Source: an uncultured Acidimicrobiales bacterium (lineage in GTDB: Bacteria > Actinomycetota > Acidimicrobiia > Acidimicrobiales > Iamiaceae). From it: a stretch of 64,000 bases of DNA. The notes below the pieces were generated by a model. The model was not told the DNA's origin. It saw only the letters and a program-made list of their open reading frames with translations, and ran no database searches. The translations under genes and the position numbers were made by a program. Positions 38,128 to 47,970 of the stretch are shown in pieces. The stretch lies in NCBI GenBank assembly GCA_963749745.1, contig CAVVNP010000007.1, positions 11,351 to 75,350 on the forward strand, given 5' to 3'. Position 1 is the stretch's first letter. Every line of letters starts with the position of its first letter.

Positions 38128-39369
38128 ATGACCAAGCTCACCGTCGACGTCGAACCTGGGGAGGTCGGCATCGATGCCGACCGGTTGCTGCGGTTGGACC
38201 GCCACTTCGAGCAGTACGTCGCCGACGCCAAGCTGCCTGGCTTCCTGCTGGCGGTGGCCCGCGGTGGCCAGGTCTGCCACGTGGCGTCGGGCGGGCATGC
38301 CGACGTGGAGGACGCCACGCCGATCGAGCACGACACGATCTTCCGCATCTACTCCATGACCAAGCCGATCACCGCGGTGGCGGCGCTGATGCTCTGGGAG
38401 GAGGGCGCGTTCGAGCTCAAGGACCCCGTCAGCCGGTTCATCCCGTCCTTCGCCGACGCCCGGGTGTTCCGCAGCGGCTCGGCGGTCTCGCCGATCACCG
38501 AGCCGGCCATCGAACCGATCCGTCTGTGGCACCTCTTCACCCACACCGCCGGGCTCACCTACGGCTTCCACCACGTGCACCCGACGGACGAGATCTACCG
38601 GATGAAGGGTTGGGAGTGGGGGTCCCCGAAGGGCATCGACCTGGCCGGAGCGTGCGACGCGTGGGCCGGCATGCCGCTGGTGAACCAGCCCGGCACCGCC
38701 TTCAACTACTCGGTGGCGACCGACGTGCTGGGTCGAGTCGTGGAGCTGGCGTCGGGTCGGTCGCTGGCCGAGTTCTTCGACGAGCGGATCTTCGGGCCGC
38801 TGGGCATGGACGACACCAGGTTCTTCGTGCCCGACGACCACCGCGACCGCCTGGCGTCGCTCTACGTCCCCACCGGCCCCGGTCGAACCATCCGGCGGAT
38901 GAACCGCACCGAGGACGTCAGGTCGTCGGTGCCGACCTACCTCTCGGGTGGGGGCGGGCTGATGTCCACCGCCGCCGACTACCTGCGCTTCGCCGACATG
39001 CTGCGGCGAGAAGGCGAAGGTGAGGCCGGCGGCGTCCGGCTGCTGTCACCCAGGACCGTGCGGTACATGCGCCAGAACCACCTGCCCGGTGGCGTCGACC
39101 TGGACCAGTTCGGCAACCGGACCTTCGCCGAGACCAGCCTCGACGGGGTCGGCTTCGGCCTCGGGGTGTCGGTGGCGATCGACCCGGTCAAGAACAAGGT
39201 GCCGGGCTCGGTCGGCGAGTTCGGTTGGGGAGGCGCCGCCAGCACCGCCTTCACCGTCGACCCGGTGGAGGACCTCGTCCTGCTGTTCCTCACCCAACTG
39301 CTCCCGTCCAGCACCTGGCCGATCCGCCCCCAGCTCAAGCAGCTCGTCCACCAGGCGCTGCTCGACTGA
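38128..39369 (+). CDS. serine hydrolase (beta-lactamase/esterase EstB family)
   Basis: SxxK nucleophile motif IYSMTKPIT. 413 aa, intact. Confidence 0.85.
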   Translation: MTKLTVDVEPGEVGIDADRLLRLDRHFEQYVADAKLPGFLLAVARGGQVCHVASGGHADVEDATPIEHDTIFRIYSMTKPITAVAALMLWEEGAFELKDPVSRFIPSFADARVFRSGSAVSPITEPAIEPIRLWHLFTHTAGLTYGFHHVHPTDEIYRMKGWEWGSPKGIDLAGACDAWAGMPLVNQPGTAFNYSVATDVLGRVVELASGRSLAEFFDERIFGPLGMDDTRFFVPDDHRDRLASLYVPTGPGRTIRRMNRTEDVRSSVPTYLSGGGGLMSTAADYLRFADMLRREGEGEAGGVRLLSPRTVRYMRQNHLPGGVDLDQFGNRTFAETSLDGVGFGLGVSVAIDPVKNKVPGSVGEFGWGGAASTAFTVDPVEDLVLLFLTQLLPSSTWPIRPQLKQLVHQALLD

Positions 39370-39389
39370 GCCGGGGCGGGGCGGCGTCT

Positions 39390-39632
39390 CTACTGCTCGT
39401 AGCCCTCGACGGTGCCGGTGTCGCGCTCGGCGACGAAGTCGGGGTCCTGGCCCGCCCGGCGCCGGGCCCGGCGCTGGCGCAACAGGTCCCACTGCCGGTC
39501 GAGCTCGATCTCGATCTCGGTGAGGCGGGCCTGCTCGGCCGGGCTGACGCCCTCGGTCTCGGCCTGCTGGCGGAGCCGGTGCTCCTCGTCCACGAGCTCG
39601 TCGATGGTGTGGGTGATCTGGCGGTCTTCCAT
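39390..39632 (-). CDS. DUF2630 family protein
   Basis: 80 aa: MEDRQITHTIDELVDEEHRLR...ELDRQWDLLRQRRARRRAGQDPD...VEGYEQ. Confidence 0.8.
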   Translation of the reverse strand: MEDRQITHTIDELVDEEHRLRQQAETEGVSPAEQARLTEIEIELDRQWDLLRQRRARRRAGQDPDFVAERDTGTVEGYEQ

Positions 39633-39731
39633 GGTGTGGAGCCTGCCACGGCCTGCGGCCGCGGTCCGAGGCGTGGCCGCGCCGTGGCCGGCGCGGGTAG
39701 GTCTCCAGCCCCGGCGCGCCATGATTGAGCG

Positions 39732-40628
39732 GTGATCCCGTCGCTCACCGCCTACCTGCCGAGCCCGAGCTTCGACGCCATCCACATCGGCCCGTTCCAG
39801 CTTCGCTTCTACGGACTGATGATCGCGCTGGGCGTGTGGGCGGCGGTGGTGGTCGCCCGGAGACGGTGGGTGGCGCGGGGCGGTGGGCGGCCCGACATCG
39901 GCACCATCGCGGTCTGGGCGGTGCCGGCCGGCCTGATCGGCGCCCGCCTGTACCACGTCATGACCGACTGGAACGACAAGTACGCCGACGCCCCCCTCGA
40001 CGCCTTCAAGATCTGGAACGGCGGCCTCGGCATCCCGGGTGGGATCGCCTTCGGCACGGCGGCCGGGATCTACGTGGTCAAGAAGCACGGGTGGCCGCTC
40101 CCGACCATGATGGACGTGGTCGCCCCGGCCCTGCCGCTGGCCCAGGCGATCGGGCGCTTGGGCAACTGGTTCAACCAGGAGCTCTACGGTCGACCGTCGA
40201 ACCTGCCGTGGGCCCTCACCATCGACCAGGGGCATCGGCCCAAGGCCCCCGGCTACTTCGCCATCGCCCACTACCAGCCCACCTTCCTGTACGAGGCGTT
40301 GTGGAACCTGGCGCTGGTGGTGCTGCTCGTCAAGATCGACAAGAAGCGGGTGCTGGCCGCCGGCAACCTGTTCTGGCTCTACGTCGTCGGCTACGGCCTC
40401 GGCCGCCTCTGGGTCGAGGATCTGCGCATCGACTACGCCAGTCGCGTCCTCGGCCTACGGGTCAACGAGTGGACGAGCGGCCTCGCCGTCGTCGGCGGGC
40501 TGATCATCATCGTCGTCCGCCAGCGCCGTCACCTGCCCGACCCCATGGTGGTGGTCGGTCCCAACGCCGAGCCCAGCGAATCGGCGGGCACGCTGGAGCC
40601 GGCGGGACCGGGCGACCACGCCGTATGA
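39732..40628 (+). CDS. lgt: prolipoprotein diacylglyceryl transferase
   Basis: FQLRFYGLMIALG, IWNGGLGIPGG, GRLGNWFNQELYGRPS, PTFLYEALWN. Confidence 0.92.
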   Translation: MIPSLTAYLPSPSFDAIHIGPFQLRFYGLMIALGVWAAVVVARRRWVARGGGRPDIGTIAVWAVPAGLIGARLYHVMTDWNDKYADAPLDAFKIWNGGLGIPGGIAFGTAAGIYVVKKHGWPLPTMMDVVAPALPLAQAIGRLGNWFNQELYGRPSNLPWALTIDQGHRPKAPGYFAIAHYQPTFLYEALWNLALVVLLVKIDKKRVLAAGNLFWLYVVGYGLGRLWVEDLRIDYASRVLGLRVNEWTSGLAVVGGLIIIVVRQRRHLPDPMVVVGPNAEPSESAGTLEPAGPGDHAV

Positions 40629-41485
40629 CGGGTTCTGAGCAGCCGTCACCGCCCAGCGACCGAACCTGCTCAGTACGGCCCCGACCTCAGCGCACGCCGC
40701 TCCTCTCCCGCCCGGTGGAGCGCTACGGCGCCCGCGCCACCCTCGCGGCCGCCGCCATCGTGATCGTCGCCGTCCCCTTCGCCACCCTGCTGTTCGAGGT
40801 GGGGAGCAAGGACCCGATCACCAGGATGGACGGGCGGGTGGCCGACAGCCTCAACGACTGGGTGCACGGCCAGGCCGGACTGGTGACGGCGATCAAGGTG
40901 TTGACCTACTTCGGACAGCTCCCCATCGAGGCGATCGTCGTGTCGGTGGCGGTGGTGTACCTGCTGACCCGGCATCCGGCGCGGCGCCGGTCCGCGGTCT
41001 TCCTGGTCGTCACCTCGCTGCTGGGCGGCCTGGTGAACACGCTGGTGAAGGTGGCGGTCGACCGCCCGCGACCGGTGGTCGATCACCCGGTGGCGACGGC
41101 CTTGGGCAAGAGCTTCCCCTCCGGGCACGCCATGTCCTCGACCGTCGTCTACGGCGCCCTGCTGGTGGTCTTCTACCCGTCGTTCTCGCGCCGCGCCCGC
41201 CCGATCGCGGTGGTCGCCACCGTCGTCGTGGTCCTGGGCGTCGGCGCGTCCCGGCTGCTCCTGGGCGTGCACTTCGTCTCCGATGTGATCGGCGGGTTCC
41301 TGCTCGGGCTGGCCTGGCTCCTGGCCTCGGTGGCCATGTTCCAGACGTGGCGTGAGGAGGAGGCCGCGGCGGCCCGAGCGCACGGGTCCGCCCTCAGCGG
41401 GGGAGGGGGGCGTGGTCCAAGCGAGGCAGCACGTAGCGGGCGAACAGGTCGCACTCCTCACGGTGGGGGTACCCGGACAGGATGA
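40625..41485 (+). CDS. PAP2 superfamily phosphatase (membrane)
   Basis: ATGA overlap with lgt. Motifs are KVAVDRPRP, PSGHA and SRLLLGVHFVSD. The Gly/Arg-rich C-terminal tail overlaps the convergent gene by 92 nt, so the true stop is doubtful. Confidence 0.8.
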   Translation: MTGSEQPSPPSDRTCSVRPRPQRTPLLSRPVERYGARATLAAAAIVIVAVPFATLLFEVGSKDPITRMDGRVADSLNDWVHGQAGLVTAIKVLTYFGQLPIEAIVVSVAVVYLLTRHPARRRSAVFLVVTSLLGGLVNTLVKVAVDRPRPVVDHPVATALGKSFPSGHAMSSTVVYGALLVVFYPSFSRRARPIAVVATVVVVLGVGASRLLLGVHFVSDVIGGFLLGLAWLLASVAMFQTWREEEAAAARAHGSALSGGGGRGPSEAARSGRTGRTPHGGGTRTG

Positions 41486-42458
41486 AGGCGTCGACGCCCC
41501 GGTCCCGGTAGGCGTGCAGCTTGGCCAGCACCTGGTCGGGGTCGCCGACGATGGCGGCACCGGCGCCGCTGCGGGCCCGGCCGACCCCCGTCCACAGGTT
41601 GTCCTCCACGTAGCCGTCGTCTCCGGCCGTCTCGCGCAGGTCGGCCTGGCGGGCGACGCCGGCCGAGGTGCTGTCGAGGGATCGGGCCCGGATGGCCCGG
41701 CCCTGCTCGGCGTCGAGCCGGCTCACCAGTCGCTCGGCGGCGGCCCGGGCCTCGGCTTCGGTCTCTCGGACGATGACGTGGGCCCGGAACCCGAAACGCA
41801 GCGAGCGGTCGTGCACCGCCGCCCTGGACCGGAGGTCCTCGACCACCGCGCCGGCGGCGGCGACGGTGTCGGGCCACATCAGGTAGACATCGGCCGCCTC
41901 GGCGGCGACGTCCTTGGCCCCGTCGGACAGCCCGCCGAAGTAGAGGGGCGGGCAGCGCCCCGAGACCGTCCCGACCCGGGGCGGCTCGACGGCCAGGTGG
42001 ACGAAGTCGCCCCGTTGGTCGATCGGGTGGCCGTCGAGCAGGGCCCGGAGGGCGTGCATGGTCTCGCGTGTCCGCTGGTACCGCGGCTCGGAGGCCAACT
42101 GCTCGCCGGGCATCTCACTGGAGATGATGTTGATGGTGAGCCGACCGCCGAGCATGCGGTCCAGCGACGCCATCTGGCGGGCCAGTTGCGGGACCCAGAG
42201 CTCACCGCAGCGAACCGCCACCAGTAGCTGGATCTGTCCGACCAGCGGCGCCACCCCGGCGGCGAAGGTGGTGGTGTCGATGCCCAGGGCGTAGCCCGAC
42301 GGCAGCAGCACGTTGTCGAAGCCGTGGCCGTCGGCGGCCAGCACGATGTCGCGGCAGTGCTCCCACGAGCTGGCCAGCGCCGGGTCGGCGACACCCAGGA
42401 ACCGGTAGTCGTCGTCGCACAGGGCCCCGAACCAGCTGACCTCGACCGGCCCGCTCAT
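41394..42458 (-). CDS. LLM class flavin-dependent oxidoreductase (SsuD-like monooxygenase family)
   Basis: 354 aa, intact. TIM-barrel luciferase-like sequence (FDNVLLP, RLTINIISS, YFGGLSD). Confidence 0.85.
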   Translation of the reverse strand: MSGPVEVSWFGALCDDDYRFLGVADPALASSWEHCRDIVLAADGHGFDNVLLPSGYALGIDTTTFAAGVAPLVGQIQLLVAVRCGELWVPQLARQMASLDRMLGGRLTINIISSEMPGEQLASEPRYQRTRETMHALRALLDGHPIDQRGDFVHLAVEPPRVGTVSGRCPPLYFGGLSDGAKDVAAEAADVYLMWPDTVAAAGAVVEDLRSRAAVHDRSLRFGFRAHVIVRETEAEARAAAERLVSRLDAEQGRAIRARSLDSTSAGVARQADLRETAGDDGYVEDNLWTGVGRARSGAGAAIVGDPDQVLAKLHAYRDRGVDAFILSGYPHREECDLFARYVLPRLDHAPLPR

Positions 42459-43372
42459 GGCAACGGCACCCCGTCGGAGGCCTCGATGATGCGGTAGCAG
42501 TCGGCCCGGTCCAGGTGGACCCCGAGCGCCCGGGTGCTGGCCCGCAGGCGGTCCGGTTGCTGGCTGCCGATGAGCACGATCGGCCGGGACGGCAGGGCCA
42601 GCAGGAACGCCACCGCGATCCCAGATCGGTCGACGCCTTCGCGGTGGGCCAGTTCATCGAGCACCGCCAGCAGGTCGGGCCGGATGCCGTCGCCGGTGGC
42701 GAGACGGCCACCGGCCAGCGCGCTCCAGGCGATCGGGATCACCCCGTCTCGCATGGCCAGGTCCAGCGTCCCGTCACGCAGGGGTGACAGCTCGGTCGCC
42801 GACAGCTCGGGTTGGGTCGTGGCCAGACGCACCCCCCGCTCGGACAACCGGCCTCGGAGCGCTTCGTACTGGAAGGCGGTGAAGTTGGACACGCCGACCG
42901 CCCGCACGATGCCGTCGTCCACCAGCGCCGCCAGCGCGTCGGCCACGGCGGCCGGGTGGGCGAACAGGTCGGACCGGTGGATCTGGTACAGGTCGATGAC
43001 ATCGACGCCGAGGCGCAGCCGGGACCGGTCGAACGCGGCCCGCAGACCCTCCGGCGAGCTGTCGTAGGGGACCGACGGGCGGATGCCGCCCTTGGTGGCC
43101 AGCACCATGGCCTCCCGCAGGTCGGGCGCCTCCCTGAGGACGGCGCCGAGCAGGCCCTCCACCGAGCCGACGCCGGTGCCGCCCCAATCCAAGCCGTAGA
43201 CGTCGGCGGCGTCGACCAGGGTGAGGCCGGCCTCGAGCGCCGCTTCGAGCACCCCGCGGGCGGTGGCCACCGACTCGTGGGTGAAGCGCCAGCAGCCGAA
43301 GCCGAGCGGCCCGCAGGCGAGGCCGCCGTCGTCGATCAGGCGATTGGTGGCGTCGACCAGGCTGGCTCCCAC
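42455..43372 (-). CDS. aldo/keto reductase
   Basis: LGFGCWRF, DAADVYG, LATKGG, IDLYQIHR, AVGVSNF. Its stop overlaps the downstream LLM start (ATGA). Confidence 0.88.
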   Translation of the reverse strand: MGASLVDATNRLIDDGGLACGPLGFGCWRFTHESVATARGVLEAALEAGLTLVDAADVYGLDWGGTGVGSVEGLLGAVLREAPDLREAMVLATKGGIRPSVPYDSSPEGLRAAFDRSRLRLGVDVIDLYQIHRSDLFAHPAAVADALAALVDDGIVRAVGVSNFTAFQYEALRGRLSERGVRLATTQPELSATELSPLRDGTLDLAMRDGVIPIAWSALAGGRLATGDGIRPDLLAVLDELAHREGVDRSGIAVAFLLALPSRPIVLIGSQQPDRLRASTRALGVHLDRADCYRIIEASDGVPLP

Positions 43373-43395
43373 GGGTTCCGTACAGTAGGCGGACC

Positions 43396-44541
43396 ATGGC
43401 GACCGACGACCTGCGCTACGGGATCATCGGCACCGGCATGATGGGCTTGGAGCACATCTGGAACCTGCAGCACGTCCCCGGCGCGGTCGTCGCCGCCATC
43501 GCTGATCCCCAGGAAGGGTCCCGTGCCCTCGTCCGGGACCTCGCCGGTCTGGGCGACGAGGTCGCCGGGTTCTCCGACCACCGGGCGCTGCTCGAGGACG
43601 GTCGGTGCGAGGCTCTGGTGATCTCCTCGCCGAACCACACCCACGTCGACGTGCTCGAGGACGTGCTGGCCACCGACCTGCCGGTCCTGGTGGAGAAGCC
43701 GCTGTGCACGACGGTCGCCGATTGCCGGAGCGTGCTCGCCGCCGCCGAGCGTCGCACGGCCGTGGTGTGGGTGGGCCTCGAGTACCGGTACATGCCGCCG
43801 GTCGCCCGCCTGGTCCGGGAGGTCCAGGCGGGGACCGTCGGTGAGGTGCGCATGGTCGCCATCCGCGAGCACCGCTTCCCCTTCCTGGAGAAGGTCGACC
43901 ACTGGAACCGCTTCAACCGCAACACCGGCGGGACGCTGGTCGAGAAGTGCTGCCACTTCTTCGACCTCATGAACCACCTCGTCGGCGATCGACCGGTTCG
44001 GGTGCAGGCATCCGGTGCCCAGGACGTCAACCACCTGGACGAGCGCTACGACGGCGAGGTTCCGGACATCCTCGACAACGCCTTTGTGATCGTGGACTAC
44101 GCGGGTGGCGCCCGGGCCATGCTCGACCTCTGCATGTTCGCCGAGGGCAGCGAGAACCAGGAGGAGGTGGCCGTGGTCGGTGACCGGGGGAAGGTCGAGG
44201 CCTTCCTGCCGTCGTGCCAGGTGCGCATCGGCGAGCGGGCCACCGGTGCCCGGAACGTGCGGACCGAGGTCGTGCACGACCCGGCGGTCCGCTACGAGGG
44301 CTTCCACCACGGATCCAGCTTCTTGGAGCACGTGCACTTCCTGGACACCGTTCGCAGCGGCGGAGGTGCGGCCGTGGGTCTGGAGTCGGGCCTGCTGTCG
44401 GTGGCCATGGGGGTGGCCGCCCACCGGTCGATCGACGAGCAGCGTCCCGTCCTCCTCGACGAGGTGCTGGCGCGTGCTCGCAGCGGTGACTCCAGGAACG
44501 AAGGACGCAGCGGAGCAACCAGACCCTTCCCGATGTCGTGA
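43396..44541 (+). CDS. Gfo/Idh/MocA family oxidoreductase
   Basis: Rossmann motif YGIIGTGMMG and the EKP motif (VLVEKPL). 381 aa, intact. Confidence 0.88.
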   Translation: MATDDLRYGIIGTGMMGLEHIWNLQHVPGAVVAAIADPQEGSRALVRDLAGLGDEVAGFSDHRALLEDGRCEALVISSPNHTHVDVLEDVLATDLPVLVEKPLCTTVADCRSVLAAAERRTAVVWVGLEYRYMPPVARLVREVQAGTVGEVRMVAIREHRFPFLEKVDHWNRFNRNTGGTLVEKCCHFFDLMNHLVGDRPVRVQASGAQDVNHLDERYDGEVPDILDNAFVIVDYAGGARAMLDLCMFAEGSENQEEVAVVGDRGKVEAFLPSCQVRIGERATGARNVRTEVVHDPAVRYEGFHHGSSFLEHVHFLDTVRSGGGAAVGLESGLLSVAMGVAAHRSIDEQRPVLLDEVLARARSGDSRNEGRSGATRPFPMS

Positions 44542-44573
44542 CCGAGCGGTGGAGCCGGAGCGGACAGCCGCGC

Positions 44574-47500
44574 TCACCAGGTGTCGACGAAGGGACGTCG
44601 CTTCGGGCGACCGGCACGGGATGAGCGGGCGGCGTCGAGGCCGCCGATGAGCCAGCGGCGGGTGTCGGCGGGGTCGATGACGGCGTCGATCTCCAGGTAG
44701 CGGGCCACCGACAGGGCCTTGCCCCGCTCGTAGCTCTGGGCGACGCGCTGGTCGAACATGACCTGGCGGGCGGCGGGGTCCGGTTCGGCTTCGAGCTCGT
44801 CCTTGAAGATGATCTGGATGGCGCCTTCCAGGCCCATGGCGCCGAACTCGCCGGTGGGCCAGGTGGCGGTGAACATCGGCTCCCAGAAGCTGCCGCCGCC
44901 CATGGCCATGGCGCCCAAGCCGTAGCCCTTGCGGGGCACGACCATGAACAACGGGACCGAGAGGTTGGCGCCCACGACCGCCATGCTGGCGGCTCGCCGC
45001 ACCGCCGCCTCGCGCTCGCTGGCCGGGCCGACCATGAAGCCGGGCGTGTCGCACAGGGACAGCACCGGCAGGTCGAAGGCGTCGCACAGCTGCAGGAACC
45101 GAGCCGCCTTCTCCGCCGCCACGGCGTCGATGGCGCCTCCCAGGTGCCGGGGGTCGTTGGCGAACACGCCGAAGGGGCGGCCCTCGATGCGGGCCAGGGC
45201 GGTGATCATGCCGGCGCCGTACCCCCGGCGCAGCTCCAGCAGCGAGCCGGTGTCGGCCAGCAGCCGCAGCGCCGAGCGCATGTCGTAGACGCGCTTGCGA
45301 TCCTCGGGCACCACGTGGCGCAGGGCGCGCTGGTCGGCGCACTCCCAGTCGGCCACCGGCCCCTGGAAGTACGAGAGGACCTGCCGGGCCAGCCGCACGC
45401 CGTCGGCCTCGTCGGTCGCCACCAGGTCGACCACGCCGTTGGCCACCTGGACGTCGATGGGGCCGACCTCCTCGGGTCGGTAGCGGCCCAGGCCGCCGCC
45501 CTCGATCATGACGGGGCCGGCCAGCCCGATGGAGCTGTCCTCGGTCGCGATGGTGACGTCGGCGCAGCCGAACAGCAGGGCGTTGCCGGCGAAGCAGTAC
45601 CCGGCGTTCACCGCCAGGCGCGGGGCGCCGCCGCTGGTGGCGGCGAAGGTGGCGAAGGTGGCGATGTCGAGAGCGGAGAACGAGACGTCGGTGAAATCGG
45701 TGTCGCCGGGCCGCCCGCCGCCGCCTTCGGTGAAGAAGACGACCGGGAGCCGCCACTTGTGGGCGAGCTCCAGCAGCCGATCCGTCTTCTTGTGGCCGAA
45801 GGCGCCCTGGGTGCCGGCCAGCACCGTGTAGTCGTAGGCCAGCACCGCAGCCCTGGAGGCCTCGGGCCCGAACTGCTCGCCGTTGACGGTGCCGATCCCC
45901 GCGATCAACCCGTCGGCCGGCGTCCGGTCCATCAGGTCGTCCATCGCCCTGGTCCGGTGCTGACCGGCCACGGCGAGCTGGCCGTACTCCAGGAACGAGC
46001 CGTCGTCGCAGAGGTCGGCGATGTTCTCCCGGGCCGTTCGGCGCCCCCGCTCGCGCCGCTTCTCGACGGCATCGGGGCGGCGCTCGTCCAGGGTCCGGGC
46101 CGTGCGTTCCCGCAGCTCGAGCAGGTCGGCGCGCAGGTGGTCGAGGTCGGCCTGCTCCTCGTCGACGGACAGGTGCTCCGCGTCGTGGTCCGGCTCCACG
46201 AACAGCACCGGATCGGCTTCGTCGAGCACGTCGCCGACGGCGGCGGCGACGGCCCGCACCACCCCGCCCGTCGAGGCGGTCACCGAGTGGTGCATCTTCA
46301 TGGCTTCGAGGACCGCCACCTCCTGCCCGGCCCGCACCGCGTCCCCCGGCCCCACGGCCACCGACACGACCAGTGCCTGCAGCGGCGCCCGCACCGCCTC
46401 GGTGCCCGGTGGCCCGTCGGGCGCCGTGTGTGCCGCACCGGCCGGGATCGATCCCGCCCCGTCGTCGCCGAGGTCGCCCGCCGCCGCCACCAGGTCGGCC
46501 AGGTGCCCCTGCAGGAACGCGGTGTCGATCGCCCAGGTCGAGAGCTCCGGGCGCGAGGCGAGGGCTCGCAGGAACGCCACGTTGGTGACCACGCCGCCGA
46601 CCTGCAGCTCGCCCAGCGCCCGGGTCGCTCGCCGGAACAGGCCGGGGAGGCTGAGGCCGGGCGAGGTCACGATCACCTTGGCCAGCAGCGGGTCGAAGGC
46701 GGGATTGGTGGTGTAGCCGGCATGACCACAGGTGTCCACGCGCACGCCGGGCCCGGCCGGAGGGTCGAACGCGGTCAGGGTGCCGCTGGTGGGACGCACG
46801 TCGCCGCTGACGTCGATCGTCTCGGTGCTCACCCGGAGCTGGGCGGCCACGTGGTCCGGCTCCGGGATCCGGGCCTGGGTGAGGCCCTGATCGACCAGGC
46901 TCTCCCCGGCGGCGATGCGGAGCTGGGCCTGCACCAGGTCGATGCCGGTCACCTCCTCGGTGACGGTGTGCTCCACCTGCAACCTCGGGTTGCACTCCAG
47001 GAACCAAGCGTCGGCTCCGGGATCGGTGGCGGCGTCGGCGGCGTCGACCAGCAGCTCGACGGTCCCCAGCGAGGAGTACCGGCACGCCCGACCCAGGGCC
47101 AGCGCACCCTCGAGCAGCCGATCCCGGACCTCGGGGTGGAGGTTCGGTGCCGGGGCCAGTTCGACCACCTTCTGGCGGCGCCGCTGCAGTGAGCAGTCCC
47201 GATCCCAGACGTGGACCAGATCGGTCCCGTCGCCCAGCAACTGCACCTCGATGTGGCGCACGGCGGGCAGGAAGCGCTCGGCGAACACGGCGCCGCCGCC
47301 GAACGAAGCCGCCGCCTCGGACCGGCACCGGTCGAACGCCGCCGCCACCTCGGCGGCGCGCTCGACGACCCGCAGGCCTCGCCCGCCCCCGCCGGCGACC
47401 GCCTTGAGGATCATCGGCGCGCCGTGCAGGGAGTCCAGGAAGGCCTCGGCCTCGGCGGCGTCGGTCAGCGGGTCGGTCCCCTCCACCACCTGCATGCCGA

Positions 47501-47867
47501 CCGATCGGGCGACCTTCCGGGCCTCGACCTTGTCGCCCAGCCGGTCGAGGACCCCGGCGGCGGGGCCGACGAAGACCAGTCCGGCGTCGTCGCAGCGCCG
47601 GGCGAACCGGGCGTCCTCGCTGAGGAACCCGTAGCCGGGGTGCACGGCGTCACAGCCGGTGTCGACGGCGGCCCGCACCACCTGCTCGGCGTCGAGGTAG
47701 GCCGAGGGGCCGACCCCGTCGAGGGCGACCGCCGCCCCGGCCCGGGCGACGGGTCGCGACCCGGCGTCGTCGCCGGAGTGGACGACCACCGTGCCCATGC
47801 CCAGGTCCTGGCAGGCCCGGATGATGCGCAGCGCCACCTCGCCCCGGTTGGCGATCAGCACCTTCAC
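44574..47867 (-). CDS. single-chain multidomain biotin-dependent acyl-CoA carboxylase (BC-BCCP-CT fusion, LCC-like)
   Basis: 1097 aa, intact. Biotin carboxylase N-terminus (MKVLIANRGE..., ECNPRLQVEHTVTE), a biotinyl domain (EAMKM, Lys about residue 524) and a carboxyltransferase C-terminus (AYDYTVLAGTQG, FFTEGGGGRPG, MVVPRKGYGLGAMAM). Confidence 0.88.
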   Translation of the reverse strand: MKVLIANRGEVALRIIRACQDLGMGTVVVHSGDDAGSRPVARAGAAVALDGVGPSAYLDAEQVVRAAVDTGCDAVHPGYGFLSEDARFARRCDDAGLVFVGPAAGVLDRLGDKVEARKVARSVGMQVVEGTDPLTDAAEAEAFLDSLHGAPMILKAVAGGGGRGLRVVERAAEVAAAFDRCRSEAAASFGGGAVFAERFLPAVRHIEVQLLGDGTDLVHVWDRDCSLQRRRQKVVELAPAPNLHPEVRDRLLEGALALGRACRYSSLGTVELLVDAADAATDPGADAWFLECNPRLQVEHTVTEEVTGIDLVQAQLRIAAGESLVDQGLTQARIPEPDHVAAQLRVSTETIDVSGDVRPTSGTLTAFDPPAGPGVRVDTCGHAGYTTNPAFDPLLAKVIVTSPGLSLPGLFRRATRALGELQVGGVVTNVAFLRALASRPELSTWAIDTAFLQGHLADLVAAAGDLGDDGAGSIPAGAAHTAPDGPPGTEAVRAPLQALVVSVAVGPGDAVRAGQEVAVLEAMKMHHSVTASTGGVVRAVAAAVGDVLDEADPVLFVEPDHDAEHLSVDEEQADLDHLRADLLELRERTARTLDERRPDAVEKRRERGRRTARENIADLCDDGSFLEYGQLAVAGQHRTRAMDDLMDRTPADGLIAGIGTVNGEQFGPEASRAAVLAYDYTVLAGTQGAFGHKKTDRLLELAHKWRLPVVFFTEGGGGRPGDTDFTDVSFSALDIATFATFAATSGGAPRLAVNAGYCFAGNALLFGCADVTIATEDSSIGLAGPVMIEGGGLGRYRPEEVGPIDVQVANGVVDLVATDEADGVRLARQVLSYFQGPVADWECADQRALRHVVPEDRKRVYDMRSALRLLADTGSLLELRRGYGAGMITALARIEGRPFGVFANDPRHLGGAIDAVAAEKAARFLQLCDAFDLPVLSLCDTPGFMVGPASEREAAVRRAASMAVVGANLSVPLFMVVPRKGYGLGAMAMGGGSFWEPMFTATWPTGEFGAMGLEGAIQIIFKDELEAEPDPAARQVMFDQRVAQSYERGKALSVARYLEIDAVIDPADTRRWLIGGLDAARSSRAGRPKRRPFVDTW

Positions 47868-47970
47868 GTGGGCGAACCGTGGTCGGTCATGGCCGCCAGC
47901 ATGCCGCAGCCCCCGTCGGCCGGACCACGCCGGCCCGACCCGGCTCCTGCCCCCTGCCTACGCTGCCGCG

